Source: Pseudovirgaria hyperparasitica (taxonomy: Eukaryota). From it: a DNA stretch of 64,000 nucleotides. The position numbers and the translations under genes are program-made. Positions 1 to 12,424 of the stretch are shown in pieces. Under the pieces are notes generated by a model, which saw only the letters and a program-made list of their open reading frames with translations, had not been told where the DNA came from and searched no databases. Each line of letters opens with the position of its first letter. Within the stretch, counting starts at the first letter, position 1. The DNA lies in NCBI GenBank assembly GCA_010093815.1, contig ML996578.1, one strand, 5' to 3'.

Positions 1-1311
1 CCAGATACCCCAGTATCAATGTCCCCCGCAGGCAGGGATGTGTGGGCTGGCCAACCTTGTGACAGCCCATTGCCGGGATTGGTATTCTATCCGTGGTAGC
101 TTCTCACCAAGAAGGCCCGGCACCGGGCCTGCAACCATTCCAAGATTGAGGGAATGCCGGAGTACTACGCTGCTATAGTCCAATCCGTAGTCGCAAGGCA
201 ACGCTGAGAGAAAGCAGTGAAGGGGAAGAACAAGCTCTGCCATGCAGCCACCGCGCAATCCAAGACGGGATAGCCTAGCGCTGGTTCCTAAGACGCGGTC
301 TCGGCGTAAGCTTAGTGGGTACGGACTTCTTGGCAAGTTTGGTTTGTCGTTGGTTTGGCGTGTGATATGGGTGTAGATGGCGGAAAGACATGGCAAGAAT
401 CCTTCGAACACCAATATGTGAGGGATTGACCGGCGGGCTATTCGTTGCCAAGACTATACAGTCACCAGTCATTGGTTCGGCGGCACAGTTCCAGGCATGC
501 TATCAACGGCATTCTGTCCGTGAGGTTTAATATTGCCCTTGCGGGACGCGGCCAGAGCTGAGAAAGGCTCATTGGGTCATCTAGCCGGCAATGTGTAGTT
601 ATTGAGGCAGCATCTAATTAAGTCAAAGAAGGACACGGCTTGTTATTGAGAGGTGCACACAAGCCTCACCAAGAAACCAAGCAAGACAAACTGGCCACAC
701 CAGACATCGGCCCCTTGGAGACACGAGATACAAGGTTGAGTTGACAGGCTTGTTTGCACTGCTTCAGAACAAAGTCTGTGTGGGCCATATGCAATCTGGG
801 ATTGATCCTGGGTATTAGATTTGGTGCAAGATGCTCGGCCGACAGCTAGATACATACACAGTACACCGTCAGATCCAGTTTAGTTCCCCACCGGAACCAC
901 AAGTAACGTCACAGCGTGCATGGCACACGTGCCTGGGCCGTACTCCACATAATAGGCGACGGAAACAGTAACCCATATTCTGACATCTGCCGGCGTCATA
1001 GTAGTGCGATGGTGCTGTCAGATCTTTGGGGTGTGATAGGACAATATGCTGGTCTCTGCCATGTGGCCTCAACAGTCGCTCTTCGAGTGGGTTTCATGTT
1101 TGATTCTAGAACCGGATTGGCTTTTCCGCATATCAGATTCGGCATCGCAGCAGGGTTGACGAGTCTTGATTACTCAAAGTATCTGGCAATCACCATATGG
1201 GCGGACAAGAAAAGCGCCGTGCTAGAAAGATAATACCAGATCTCAAATACAACCCATGTAGCGCTTGTTGCTTTGTCGATAGTGTGAAAGATAATTAGCG
1301 ATCGGTGCAGC

Positions 1312-3173
1312 TTACTCCAAGAGGAAAGCCTGGTATGTCGGATTATTCGTCTCTTCCGTGAACGGGTACCGTATTTCCTTCAGGAACTCTTTGATTCCCG
1401 TTTCCTGGCCCGCTGGGACTTGGATGCCAGCAAGAATCTTTCCAACATCACCGCCATAGTTCCGATAGTGGAAGAGAGAAATGTTACAGCCTGGTTGTAG
1501 AGTGGTGAGGAATTTGAACAGCGCGCCTGGTCGCTCCGGAAACTCAAAGGAATATAGACGTTCATCCTGGACATTGCTTCTTCCACCTCCAAGATAACGC
1601 AGATGCGACTTGGCTAGCTCGTCACCAGACAGATCCGTTGCTTTCATACCGTCAGCCTCGAGTCGCTGAATAAGCGTCGCAAGATCTTTTCTCCTTGTCA
1701 TGGCGTTCATGGAAACACCCATGAGGATATGTGCCTTGCCATCGCTGTTGGCATTCCGTAGACGATAGCTGAATTCGGTTACAGAGAGGGGGTTCACATT
1801 CTTTATAAGACTTGCGAATGCGCCAGGTTGTTCCGGTATGACAACGCTGAGCAACGCCTCCTTGTTCTCTCCCAAAGCTGCACGCTCAGCCACGAAGCGA
1901 AGACGATCAAAGTTCATGTTGGCACCAGATGCGATTGCAACCAGACCTCGGTTGGTGTTTGCAGACGGATGCATCTTGATATACTTCTTGATACCTGCAA
2001 GGGCGAGTGCTCCAGCTGGTTCAACGATGGCGCGGGTGTCTTCGAACATGTCCTTGATGGCTGCACAAGTCTCATCTGTCGTGACTTCGATGACTTCGTC
2101 AACTACCTCGGAGCATATGCGGAAAGTCTCTTCTCCGACCGTCTTGACAGCGGCACCATCCGCAAACAACCCGACATCCTTCAGCACTACCCTTTTGCGC
2201 AGACGCAGTGATTGAACCATCGCATTTGCATCATATGTTTCTACACCAATGATTTTGACGTGTGGGGCGATACGCTTGATGTACACGCCAATGCCTGCAA
2301 TGAGTCCCCCACCTCCTACACAGCAGAATATCGCTTCAAGATCTTGAAGATTCGTCTGCCTAAGGATTTCCATGCCGATGGTGCCTTGTCCTGCGATAAC
2401 ATACGGGTCATCGAATGGTGGTATGCTGACTAGGCCGTGAGCTATTTCCAGACGTGCGGCTTCAGCCTTTGCAGCATCAAAATCATCACCGTGCAGCACC
2501 ACTGATCCCCCAAGTCTTGACACGTTCTTGTGCTTTATGTCAGGCGTTCCAGACGGCATCACGATGGTAGCAGGAATCTTGAGCTTCCGAGCGGAGTAGG
2601 CAACGCCTTGGGCATGGTTTCCTGGACTTTCGCATCAGCATGTTTCTTGCGTCATGCTAGTATGTAGGCTTACCCGCTGAACACGCAACGACACCCTTCC
2701 ACCTTTCCCTAGACTCCAGATGCGCCATCTTGTTGTACGCCCCGCGAAGCTTGAAACTGAACACGGGCTGCAGGTCTTCGCGCTTTATCAAGATATTACT
2801 CTCAAGTCGATTGCTCAGATTGATAGCATGCGTCAGAGGAGTCTCTTCCACCACATCGTACACGCGAGATGTAAGGATGAGTCGCAAATACTGCGTAAGA
2901 GTCAGGCGTGAGAAATCGAGGCAGGAGGTCTGTCTAGGGAGGCCATCATACATCAGGATAGCCATTTGGAAGCACGAATGCTTGCGGGACTGCCAATTGC
3001 GCCTTGGATCGCAGTCCTGATGGTGGGGAGGGATTGGCGGTGTATTCTGTCAGCGACAGGCCGGTTTTGGCGATTGGTGTAGTGGGTGACATTGAGCCGT
3101 TTGGAAAGCCATTGGTCGTTGAGTTTGGGGTTATCGGGCGTGAATAGCCCTCTATGGGCGTTGAAGCGGCCAT
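1312..3173 (-). CDS. ILV1: Threonine dehydratase (biosynthetic threonine ammonia-lyase), 3 exons
   Basis: Motifs [18 protein letters not shown] (PLP lysine), SAGNHAQG across the splice, GGGGLIAG, and C-terminal regulatory [12 protein letters not shown] introns at 2891-2951 and 2622-2673. An alternative in-frame ATG lies at 3224. Confidence 0.96.
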
Positions 3174-3652
3174 ATCGAATTGGTTGCGGTGGTTGGTGTT
3201 AAAGGTAGCAAATGCGACAATCATAAATATTTCGGTGTGACGTGCTACTGCAGGTAGTTTGGTGGTCCGAGCTTCGCGACATCAGCCGTGACCACTTCAA
3301 CTTCACAACAATAACATCCTTCGACCATGTCTCGAACTCGCCGAGACTAAGCTATGTCACGGTCTATGGTGCGTGAAAGCTTGGAGTCTGTAATCATGAC
3401 CTGCATAACCTTCTTCACTTGTCACACGGCCTGCTCATCTAGATGACGAGCATTCCCCTTGACGTTTGCTAGCATTAACAGTCAAAGGTAGGATCAGTTG
3501 CAGTTTGTGCTCATCACTGCCAGGACTCGAGGATTTGTCTATGCTCAGGTCTTCTATGAATCCACTCGGCCACGTAGTGTCATAGAAAGCTCACCTCTAG
3601 TCACATCCTAAGCGCATACCTCCCAACCACACCACATAGCCATCAAAACAAG

Positions 3653-4636
3653 ATGCTCGTCCCACGACATCTACTCGTTCTCCTTCTTTCAACAACTCAC
3701 AGCCAAGCCCTATGGTTCATGAACAACGGCAGGCTCAACATGACAATAGATCCAGGCGACTTCGAAATCGACCTAGCCGCCAACATCGGCTGCGTCTACC
3801 CCCCCGTCGAAGACCAAGACTCGAGCGACAACATGTGGCAATCCTTCGACATCCTCCTCGCCGCCGACAACATCGCCACCTCCGACCCCGACCTCACCGG
3901 CTACCCAGGCCTCATCTGCGCCCTCCTCACCAACGAAACAATCCAAATGGGCTCCTGGCCCTACATCCTCACCCTCCCCGACAAAATCGGCCAGCCCTCC
4001 TCCTCCTCCTCCTCCAACCCCTCCCCTCAAGTAAAATACTACCTCGCCCTCAAACGCCACCGCAACCAAGGCCCCGACCTCCAAGACCCCTACCGCTGGA
4101 CACCCCCAATCCCAATAAACCAGCAAAAACTCGACGGCGACACCGCCCTCCCCATCGCCTACAACGCCCGCAACGTCCCCTGCGCCTCCATCGAATGCGT
4201 CCGCTCCTGCCAGAACAACCACGCCTACCCGCTCGCAAACGACTGCGTGCACACCACCTGCCGCCTCGACAGCTACTCGCAGCAGTCCCACTCCGCCTCG
4301 CTCACCCGCTCACCCGACGCCGACCCGCCCCCCTACTCCGACTACACCTGCTCCAGCTACTTTGACTCGCCGCCCTGCTCGCTCACGGGCGGCACCGATT
4401 GTCCCACGCCGACGGCTTCGGCGGAGTTGACTTCGTCGAGTGTTTCTGCGGGTGCGACGCCGGCGGCGCCTGGGTCGGCGACTTCGACGCCCGTGGTTAC
4501 GGCGCTTGTGTATCATCCGACGGCGCGGAGGAGATCTGGTGGGGTGCGGTTGGGCGGGTCGTGGACGTCTCGCGGGGGTGGTGTTGTTGTTGTATTGGCT
4601 TCTGCTGTCGTCGGCGGTGTACTGCTGCTGGTCTGA
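3653..4636 (+). CDS. Secreted Cys-containing, Ser/Thr-rich, probably GPI-anchored cell-surface protein (327 aa, unknown family)
   Basis: Single ORF with a hydrophobic N-terminal signal peptide, Cys clusters (CASIECVRSC, CSSYFDSPPC), an S/T/P/A-rich stalk, and an RRRSGG followed by a hydrophobic C-terminal tail. Confidence 0.75.
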   Translation: MLVPRHLLVLLLSTTHSQALWFMNNGRLNMTIDPGDFEIDLAANIGCVYPPVEDQDSSDNMWQSFDILLAADNIATSDPDLTGYPGLICALLTNETIQMGSWPYILTLPDKIGQPSSSSSSNPSPQVKYYLALKRHRNQGPDLQDPYRWTPPIPINQQKLDGDTALPIAYNARNVPCASIECVRSCQNNHAYPLANDCVHTTCRLDSYSQQSHSASLTRSPDADPPPYSDYTCSSYFDSPPCSLTGGTDCPTPTASAELTSSSVSAGATPAAPGSATSTPVVTALVYHPTARRRSGGVRLGGSWTSRGGGVVVVLASAVVGGVLLLV

Positions 4637-5524
4637 TGGAGCCCGTCTGCGTTCGTGGAACGATTGATTGATGGATGAGCTACTGGTGACGATTCAGATC
4701 TTTGGTAGTATCTGCAAGACCGGCACCTGGACATAAACCATTCTCATTTTCTTCCCTTTTTTTCGATATTTGGCTTTGCGTGGTTTTGCGTGGCGTTGCA
4801 TGGATGGCATGGCATGGCATAGCATGGCTATACCAAACTCTATGCATTTTCCCGGATCTTTTGGGTAATTTTTCATTTCAAAGCGGCTGCTGCATATCAA
4901 TAACTCTTTTTCTTTCGATAACCCCCAGTCATCATCTCAGCGTCAAGTCTCTCCTTGTTTGTCTTTTCCCGCAACTACGGCGTTCATCTCTACTTCGCAG
5001 AATTTACTACACCTTTTTGCTTTTGGTTATCCGGATTTTTCTTTGCACATACCGTCTCGCAAGCTAAGGGTCCCAGAAGATGTCGCAGATCACAAGTGCT
5101 AATTAATTCCCACGTGGTCGTTATGCTTGGGTAAATCATCACCCTGGCAGCCTGGGCAAGTGGGGTCTCTGCAGATCATCATCCATTTGCTACAGTAGTT
5201 ACATGTAGTTACTTAGTTAGCGTGGGGGGGTGCGGGACCACTTTGAAATGATCGGATGGAACCGTCGGAACGATCTGCTAAGATAAGTAAAAAGGACCCC
5301 ACCCTGAACGAATTGAATGCGTAAGAATTCACGTACGTATCAATGAATGAATGAATGAATGGGGTGGTAGTGGTGAATCCATGAGACAAATCAAGTTCTA
5401 GCATCCAATCTATCCTTTTTTTATTTCATGCTGTCTGTGTGCCGTCACGCCTTTATATCGCAATTGCAAACATATCCATCGCATCAAGTCAGATATCAGC
5501 CCGTAGTTAGCCCAAGCCCGCCGC

Positions 5525-7525
5525 TTATGCGTCCTGGTTCAATCCAAGATCCTCCTCTGCAGGTACCATGCGGATGGTGTTGGTGTGGCCCATACCGCCC
5601 CTCCAGCCCTGGACAGCGACGACGATGTCTCCTTTGCTGAGAATGCCGAGCTTGATTGCGTTCTGGATGCCCCATTTCAGGCGGCGATCGACGTCCTCCT
5701 GCCACGGAACGTTCTTGAAGTCGGGCTTCTCTTCGTTGAAGTGGAAGGGATAGACACCGCGGTACAAGTGGGAGTACTAGACGACTAATTAGCAATGTAC
5801 AATATCAAGATCTGAGCGTGAGAACTTACGCGGGATGCAGTGGCATTGCGAGTGACCATGATAATTGGGCAAACCGGGCGGTACTTGGCTAGGAGACGAG
5901 CAGTGTTGCCCCTGGAGATGTGTTAGTTTCGTTTGTTTGAGTCGCTACAGACCATGCCTGTACTTACGAGGTAGTAAGGGTGATGATAGCACCGGCATTT
6001 TGCTCCAGACTAGCACTGACAGCAGTCATGCAGCAAGTCTCAGTAGTAGGGCAAGGAACCGGTGCAAGCTTTCTCAGCTCATCAAATGCATTAACATAAG
6101 GAATGGCAACCTCAGCCAACAAGCAAGTATCGTGCATCAGAGTGACAGCTTCAACCGGGTAGTTGCCCTTGGCCGTCTCACCGGACAACATGACACAGTC
6201 GGCACCATCGAGGACGGCGTTACCAACATCGCTAACTTCAGCACGAGTAGGACGGGGGTTGTAGGTCATGGATTCAAGCATCTGGGTAGCGCAGATAGCA
6301 GGCTTTCCGGCGATGTTGCACTTGGTGATCATCATCTTTTGTGCGATAAAGACTTGGGAAGGCGGAATCTCGATACCAAGATCGCCACGGGCGACCATGA
6401 CACCGTCCGTCACCTTCAGGATCTCGTCGAAGTTGTTCACACCCTGTTGGTTCTCAATCTTGGCAATGATTTGGATATCCTTGCCCTCCTGTCCGAGGAC
6501 CTCGCGAATGGCAGTGATGTCGCTGGCGCGGCGGATGAAGGATGCGAAGACCATGTCGACCTTGTTCTTGACACCAAATCTTAAATCGCCCTTGTCTTTC
6601 TCTGAGAGAGCGGGAAGGTCGACATTGGTCATTGGCAGATTGACACCCTTCCTGGAGGAGATCTTGCCATTGTTCAAGCACTTGCACTTGAGGTTCTTCT
6701 CGTCAATAATCTCCTCCACAACAAAGGACAGAACACCGTCGTCGACGTATATCACCCGGCCCTTTTCAATCACCTTGGTAATATTCTTGTAGTCGACGTA
6801 CCTAAAAGAAAGAGTCAATTTCGAGCATACCACCTTTGCCTAGATTGCTTTCTTACATGTTCTTGTTGTCACTGGCTGTGGCATACTTCTCGTCGGTGGT
6901 GATTATTATCTCATCACCGCCACTGATCGGAATGTCTGCATCCCCGACAGTATTTCCGGTTCGGATCTCGGGTCCTTTCTACAAGCAAATATGAGTCTTC
7001 TAGGTCTGCTCGCCGGGCTGGAGGTAACATACGGTATCCAAAGCAATAGCAAGAGGCCTGCCCGGCTGGGACTTCTCTGCGGCGCGCGCGTTGTCGATGA
7101 CAGACTGGTGGTACTGTGCTGGCTGTTAGGGTCTGGCACCGCGTATGGAGAGGGACGGAGTTTCGTACCTCGTACGAACCATGGGAGAAGTTCATGCGAA
7201 CGACATTGAGACCGGCTATGAGAGAGAGTCAGTCAGTCAGTCAGTGAGAGACTAGAGATCTATTGAGCTGTTGCGCACCTTTCCTGAGAGCATTGATCTT
7301 CTCCGCCGAATTCGTCTTGGGACCTACGGACAGGACAGTTAGCAAAGCTATTTTCCGAGTCCAATCGAGCCTCGAGTAAAGGCAGAAAGTGATAGTGCTC
7401 GTACCAATGGTGCCAATGATAGAAGTCCGACGGTAGTTCTTCTGCGGACGGTACTCAGTGTTCAGTTGTGACAGCCATTCGATTCTGGTACGGCCAGAGT
7501 TGAGGTGGTCCAGAGCGTTGGCCAT
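5525..7525 (-). CDS. PYK1: Pyruvate kinase, 8 exons
   Basis: Motifs [70 protein letters not shown] introns at 7324-7404, 7216-7278, 7114-7168, 6979-7032, 6802-6856, 5912-5967 and 5777-5829. Confidence 0.97.
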
Positions 7526-9438
7526 GATGAAAGGTAAAAGGTACGGTGCGTCGTCGGGGTATATTTTTCAAAAGAAGTCAATAGCTAGAGAGAGAGAGAG
7601 ACAAGAAAACAAGTCAGTCAATTGTAGGAACAGTTGGTCGGACACGGCCGTAGTGTGTCGGAGGGTTTTGTTGAGCAACACATACCTCAGCCGTTATAGT
7701 TAGTGGGGCAGTGCGAAGAGAGCTCGGAAAATGACGCGGTGAGAGGGGAGAGAGGATGAAACAGGTGGAATGCGACTCGGGGGAAGTGCAGCAGGTATTA
7801 ATATAGTCTCGGTGCACAGAGCCAGATTTACGTCAGAGGTGTCTTCTTCTTGCAAACAAAGAATGCAGATGCAGCATGCCTTGCAGCAGTATTATTTATT
7901 TATTTATTTTATTTTGTGTTTTTTTCGTTGCTTTAGGGCTTGTTAGGGTTCCGTGGAGGGTTAGACGATCTTTTCAATTCTCTGGTTTTGCTGCCGCCGC
8001 CGCGCTTGAATGCCCCCCGCGCCAGTGATAAGGCTCCGTCCGTCCACAATTGGCGCCTCAGGCTGCTATATGATGACAAGTCACGCTAGACTGTTACAAG
8101 CCTAGCCTCGTCAAGGCGGTCAGGGCGTGTCACCTCGAGGCTCCGACACCCAATCCATCCCATCCATCACAACACTTCGTATCCTACTCCAGAGCTATCA
8201 AAACACCGCAAGCTCGCTCCTCACTCCTCCCGAGTCTTTGCATACTCGACCGTTTCCACTCAGACAGAACCCGTGCTCGCTGTCAAAATCACTTTAGACT
8301 CGGCTCCCTCTTGCTCTGCTCTCCCCCTTGCAACCCCGCCGCCATGGTGGTATGTTCCTAGGAGCCTCGTGTACACATGCCCGATCCAGAGCTAACAGCC
8401 TGAACAGCTCGGTCGCGTCGCGCACTACGCCTTTGATGCCGTACTTAGTATGCTCTTGTTCTTTTCGAGTCCATCTCAGCATCGTTGCTAACCACTACAC
8501 CACCCACCAGTCTCCGCCTTCCTCGCCGGTGTAAAGCGATCCACAGGTCTTACGTATGCTTACCCTACCCTCCTGCCCTACCCTACCCTACCCTACTACC
8601 CCCCCTTCCGAGCCCGGTCTCCATGCCGCCGTCTTGTCTTGAAAGAAAGAGAAGAATCAACAAAAAAAAGCACAAAGCTAATCTCTCCCACTTCCATGGG
8701 ACTCTAGCCCCAGCGTCCGATCCGAGCAAATCACATCCTCGCCCGACGTCAAGAAATGGATCGACAACTACCTCTGGGTCGGCGAGTGGGCGATGGACCA
8801 GAGCGTGATGGTCATGGGCGCCACATCATACTTTGAGCGGAGACGGGATCCGTGATGGGGGAGAACAGCTGGAGCTTTTTGGGACCTCGATATACGGCGA
8901 GACGAGATGGGCACTTGGTGTGGCTTGGGAACACTTATGGTGCTGGAGGTTCGTGGTAGCGTCACCGCTCTTGGGCTTAGGTTAGAGAAGCTGGACGAAT
9001 TATGCAGGATTTCATGAGGGCGTTAAGGTTTATGATGTGTATATACTGGCTCGCTTGCCAATCCAACACCACTCGAACGCATATAGCAAGTTTGTGTCTA
9101 ATTTGACTATACATCTGGTACGGGACTATCAAAGCTGTGCCATAATAGGAAAGAACGTAGCATGAGGCGAGTAGACTGTGTGGAAGGAACTATGTCTCAC
9201 ACAACACTTTGGCAAGTTCTCTAGCGGTCCATCTGACCTAAAGCAGTAGTCACATGCGTATCCGGTCGCTATATCCGACGAGCGACTAATAGCATCCAGA
9301 CAGCCGTGTCATAAACCCTACGTGAAAGCCCACACCACCCAAACAACACAATGCAAAAAGTCCCAAAATCCCAAATATGTACATCTGAACCGAACCCCCC
9401 GAATCTCTATCCCCACCTCCCCCTTCAAGCCAAACCCT

Positions 9439-11576
9439 CTAAAAATCCCGGTAGTAGCTATCCAGAAAACTCGCCCTCTCCCACTGAATCCGCCTCTCCA
9501 CCATATCCTCGTCCTCGACCACATCCAACGACACCGGCCGCCTCGACTTGTACGCCTCCTCGTAGCCGTTCACGCTGCGCTTCACGGCATTCGGTCTGCG
9601 GTCTGGATCTTGTGTTACTAGTTCGGGCGATGTCCTCGCTTGATCTCCGGGCGCGCCGTTGTTGGCGTTGGGGGAGGAGGGTGGGTTAGGAGCTACGGGG
9701 TTGGGAGTAGAGATGGGTGAGACGGTTGGATTGGAGATTGCTGGAACCACTGGCGTTGAACTGCCGCCAAGTGCCAGGATCCTCGCGGCTGCAGCTTCGG
9801 CTGCGAGCATGACGATGGCCTGGGTGTCGCCTGTCGGCAGGTCTGGATGGAAGGACGCGTCGACGACGAAGAGGTTGTCTGTACCGTAGACCCTGGTGTC
9901 CAGGTCGACGACGGCCGTGCCGTTTGCGCGGCCGTCGTCGGGGCCCATTTTGGCGGTGCCGACGAAGTGTGAGCCGGAGACGTATTCGGTGATGAGGTCT
10001 GCGCTGGTGACTGTGCTTGGATCGGAGGCGGTTTGGAGTGTGAGGGTGGAGGCGTCGGATCTGCTGTAGGCGAGGAGGTTGTCGAGGAAGAGGGAGACGG
10101 CTTCTTTGTCGTCCGCGGTGTTCAGCCATGGCGTGGCTGTGAATTCGGTCGCGCCGGCGCTGGTGATGCCGAGTGAGCCGACGGATGAGAGGCCGTGTGT
10201 GAGGGAGATTTTCATTTCGATGGTGTTGTTTGAGGGCATGCTGCATGTCCCCTGGATAAACTTCTGGCTTCCGGATGTTGTGTTTACGGAGGTCCAGAAG
10301 GCGAGACGTTGGCTGCTTTGGGAGAGGAGACCGGCGCCTTGGGCGAAGAGGTCTATGTCGTGGAGGCTGGGATTGGTAAAGGCAGTTGGCGCAAGAGCTG
10401 TCGTTGTATTCTTGGTGGAGAACTTGAGTGTGAAGACTGGGTGGTCCTTGAGCCCCTGTCCGACAGGGAGATTGATCCATTGCTCTGTCGGGGGTAGGGG
10501 GACACGACTACTCCCGGACGCAACAATCTGGATCTGATCAGACGGTCCGATACCGCTGTTGAAAAGAATCCGCGGTGTTGATAGCGCTCCTGCAGACAGG
10601 ATCACTTTCCCGTTGGACTTGACGTTGATGATATGTCTGCCACTGCTGGTCTCCACTTCAACGCCAGTAACCGCCGAGCCACTTCTCACGGCGCGGACAA
10701 CTTTCGTGTTGAGGCTCAAGTGGAAGTTGGGCAACTTCTGAGCAATCGGCAAGTACGTCACCACAGGACCACCACGCCTGCCATTCTGGATATTCCATGG
10801 CGGATATGAATACGTCTCGTATTTCGCATCCGGCTCCAACAAAGCATTACGTTCCGCAAATCCATTCCTCGACAGAAACGTCGACACTATATCAAACCCT
10901 CCCTGGTCATACCTTTCCCCGTCCATTGACGCCAGACTCGTTCCAGGACTACGCGTGTAGAGCCGGTCAGCGGCCCCTTTGACATCCTTCCACTTCCAGG
11001 AATCGGGCCAGTTATCGTCAAAGTCTCGCGCCTGGGGCTTGACAAACATCATAGCCTAGACACGCACCGCTTTAGCATCTCATCATACCACTGACCCAAC
11101 CATACGGGTAAACTCACATCAACCATACTCCCACCACCAAGAATACACCCAGCTTGAGACGCAGTATCCTCGCAGTATGCACTCCTGTCGGACATGCTGC
11201 TCAGGTGATCAGCGTAGGCAGGTACATCGTACCGAGTGACGGTACTGTTCCAGGGCACCACGGCTCTGCCCCCGGAGACATATGTCGACGCATGCCCTCT
11301 TTCGATCAGTAGGACCTCCGCGCCACTTTCTGCAAGTCTTTCGGCGACGATGATTCCCGCTGGCCCAGCGCCCGCTACGATATAGTCATACGAGGAGTCG
11401 GAGACTGGAACAGTCGCGTGTGCCGTTGGTGAGGGTGTGGGGACTGTAGTAGTCGTTGGAGATGCCCCGATCGGACTGGAGACTGCATGTCCTAGACACG
11501 AAGATGCCGGCTGCGCAAGAGCTCGTGCCAAGAAGGAGAAGAAGAAGGATATAGAAAGCGACGCGAAGAAACTCAT
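9439..11576 (-). CDS. Secreted GMC oxidoreductase resembling the flavin domain of cellobiose dehydrogenase (AA3_1-like), without a cytochrome domain; 2 exons
   Basis: Signal peptide and T/P linker, then YDYIVAGAGPAGIIVAERL..VLLIERG, AGCILGGGSMV, VILSAGALSTPRILFNSGIGP, SHFVGTAKMG, VYGTDNLFVVDAS. Intron at 11056-11117. Confidence 0.9.
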
Positions 11577-12424
11577 TGCAGGGGAAAGAAATAGAAGAAG
11601 AATATAAAATGATATATATCTTTAAGGAATGAAACTGCCAAAAGACCAGCTTTTCGAGCCCAAAAGAAATAAAAATATGTGTGTTGTTTGCCGTCAAGGC
11701 TACGTGCGAAGAGCGACAGACAGTCCCGACGAAAAGACCTCGTCGCAGGTACATGTACATGTACCACCCACCCACCAGGACGGGAAGTTAGGTAAAAAGT
11801 TGTAATTATGGTTCGGCATTAATTATGTAGCGAGCAAGGTTCGGTCTGGTCTGGACCTCAGGCAAACCGCCCACCCTTTTCTGCCCCCCCCCAAGCATGA
11901 CCAAGGGGCCCCTTTGGGATCACAAATTGATGTATCACGCACACCCATAAGCTAAGCAGCTAATCTTTGTGTGACCGGATCCGAAACCTGACGTTTGATC
12001 ATCGGCATGGTAAGTTGTTGAACGATTCATTTGGGGGGGGTGGACTTTTCTTATCAGGAACGATGCCGAAATACGAGATGGGCAAAGAGGAGGACCTGGC
12101 TGGCTGGCTGGCTAATTACGCAGTGGGATTTGGCACTGGCCCTGTTGGAAGAAGATTTAAGGAAGACTGTGGCGTTTCATGCACTTTGCGATCTTTGGGG
12201 CAGGCAGGCGGGAATGTGGAGTACGTTTCAAGCAGATTACGGTGAGGGGGTGATATTAGGTATGTAGGTACGTACCCATGTTGAATCTGAAACATGGACC
12301 AACGACACTAGCGTTGTCTTGGCAGCAGTTCGGGCATTCACTTTCCCACGTGACGAGATAGCAGAATTATAATTATTCTCCGCACACACACTACTGAATG
12401 CTGTGTTGATCGTCTCGTTTTACT

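Noticed and set aside
1..1250. Short ORFs at the window start
   Set aside because: No motifs or consistent splice structure.
3712..4365. 217-aa Arg/Pro/His-rich ORF and antisense ORFs overlapping the GPI-like gene
   Set aside because: Shadow frames produced by C-ending codon bias; no recognisable motifs.
5500..5530. Cryptic peroxisomal PTS1 by stop-codon readthrough at pyruvate kinase (also checked SMP-30 and the dioxygenase)
   Set aside because: No TGA-CTA context, and the readthrough extensions do not end in an SKL-like tripeptide.
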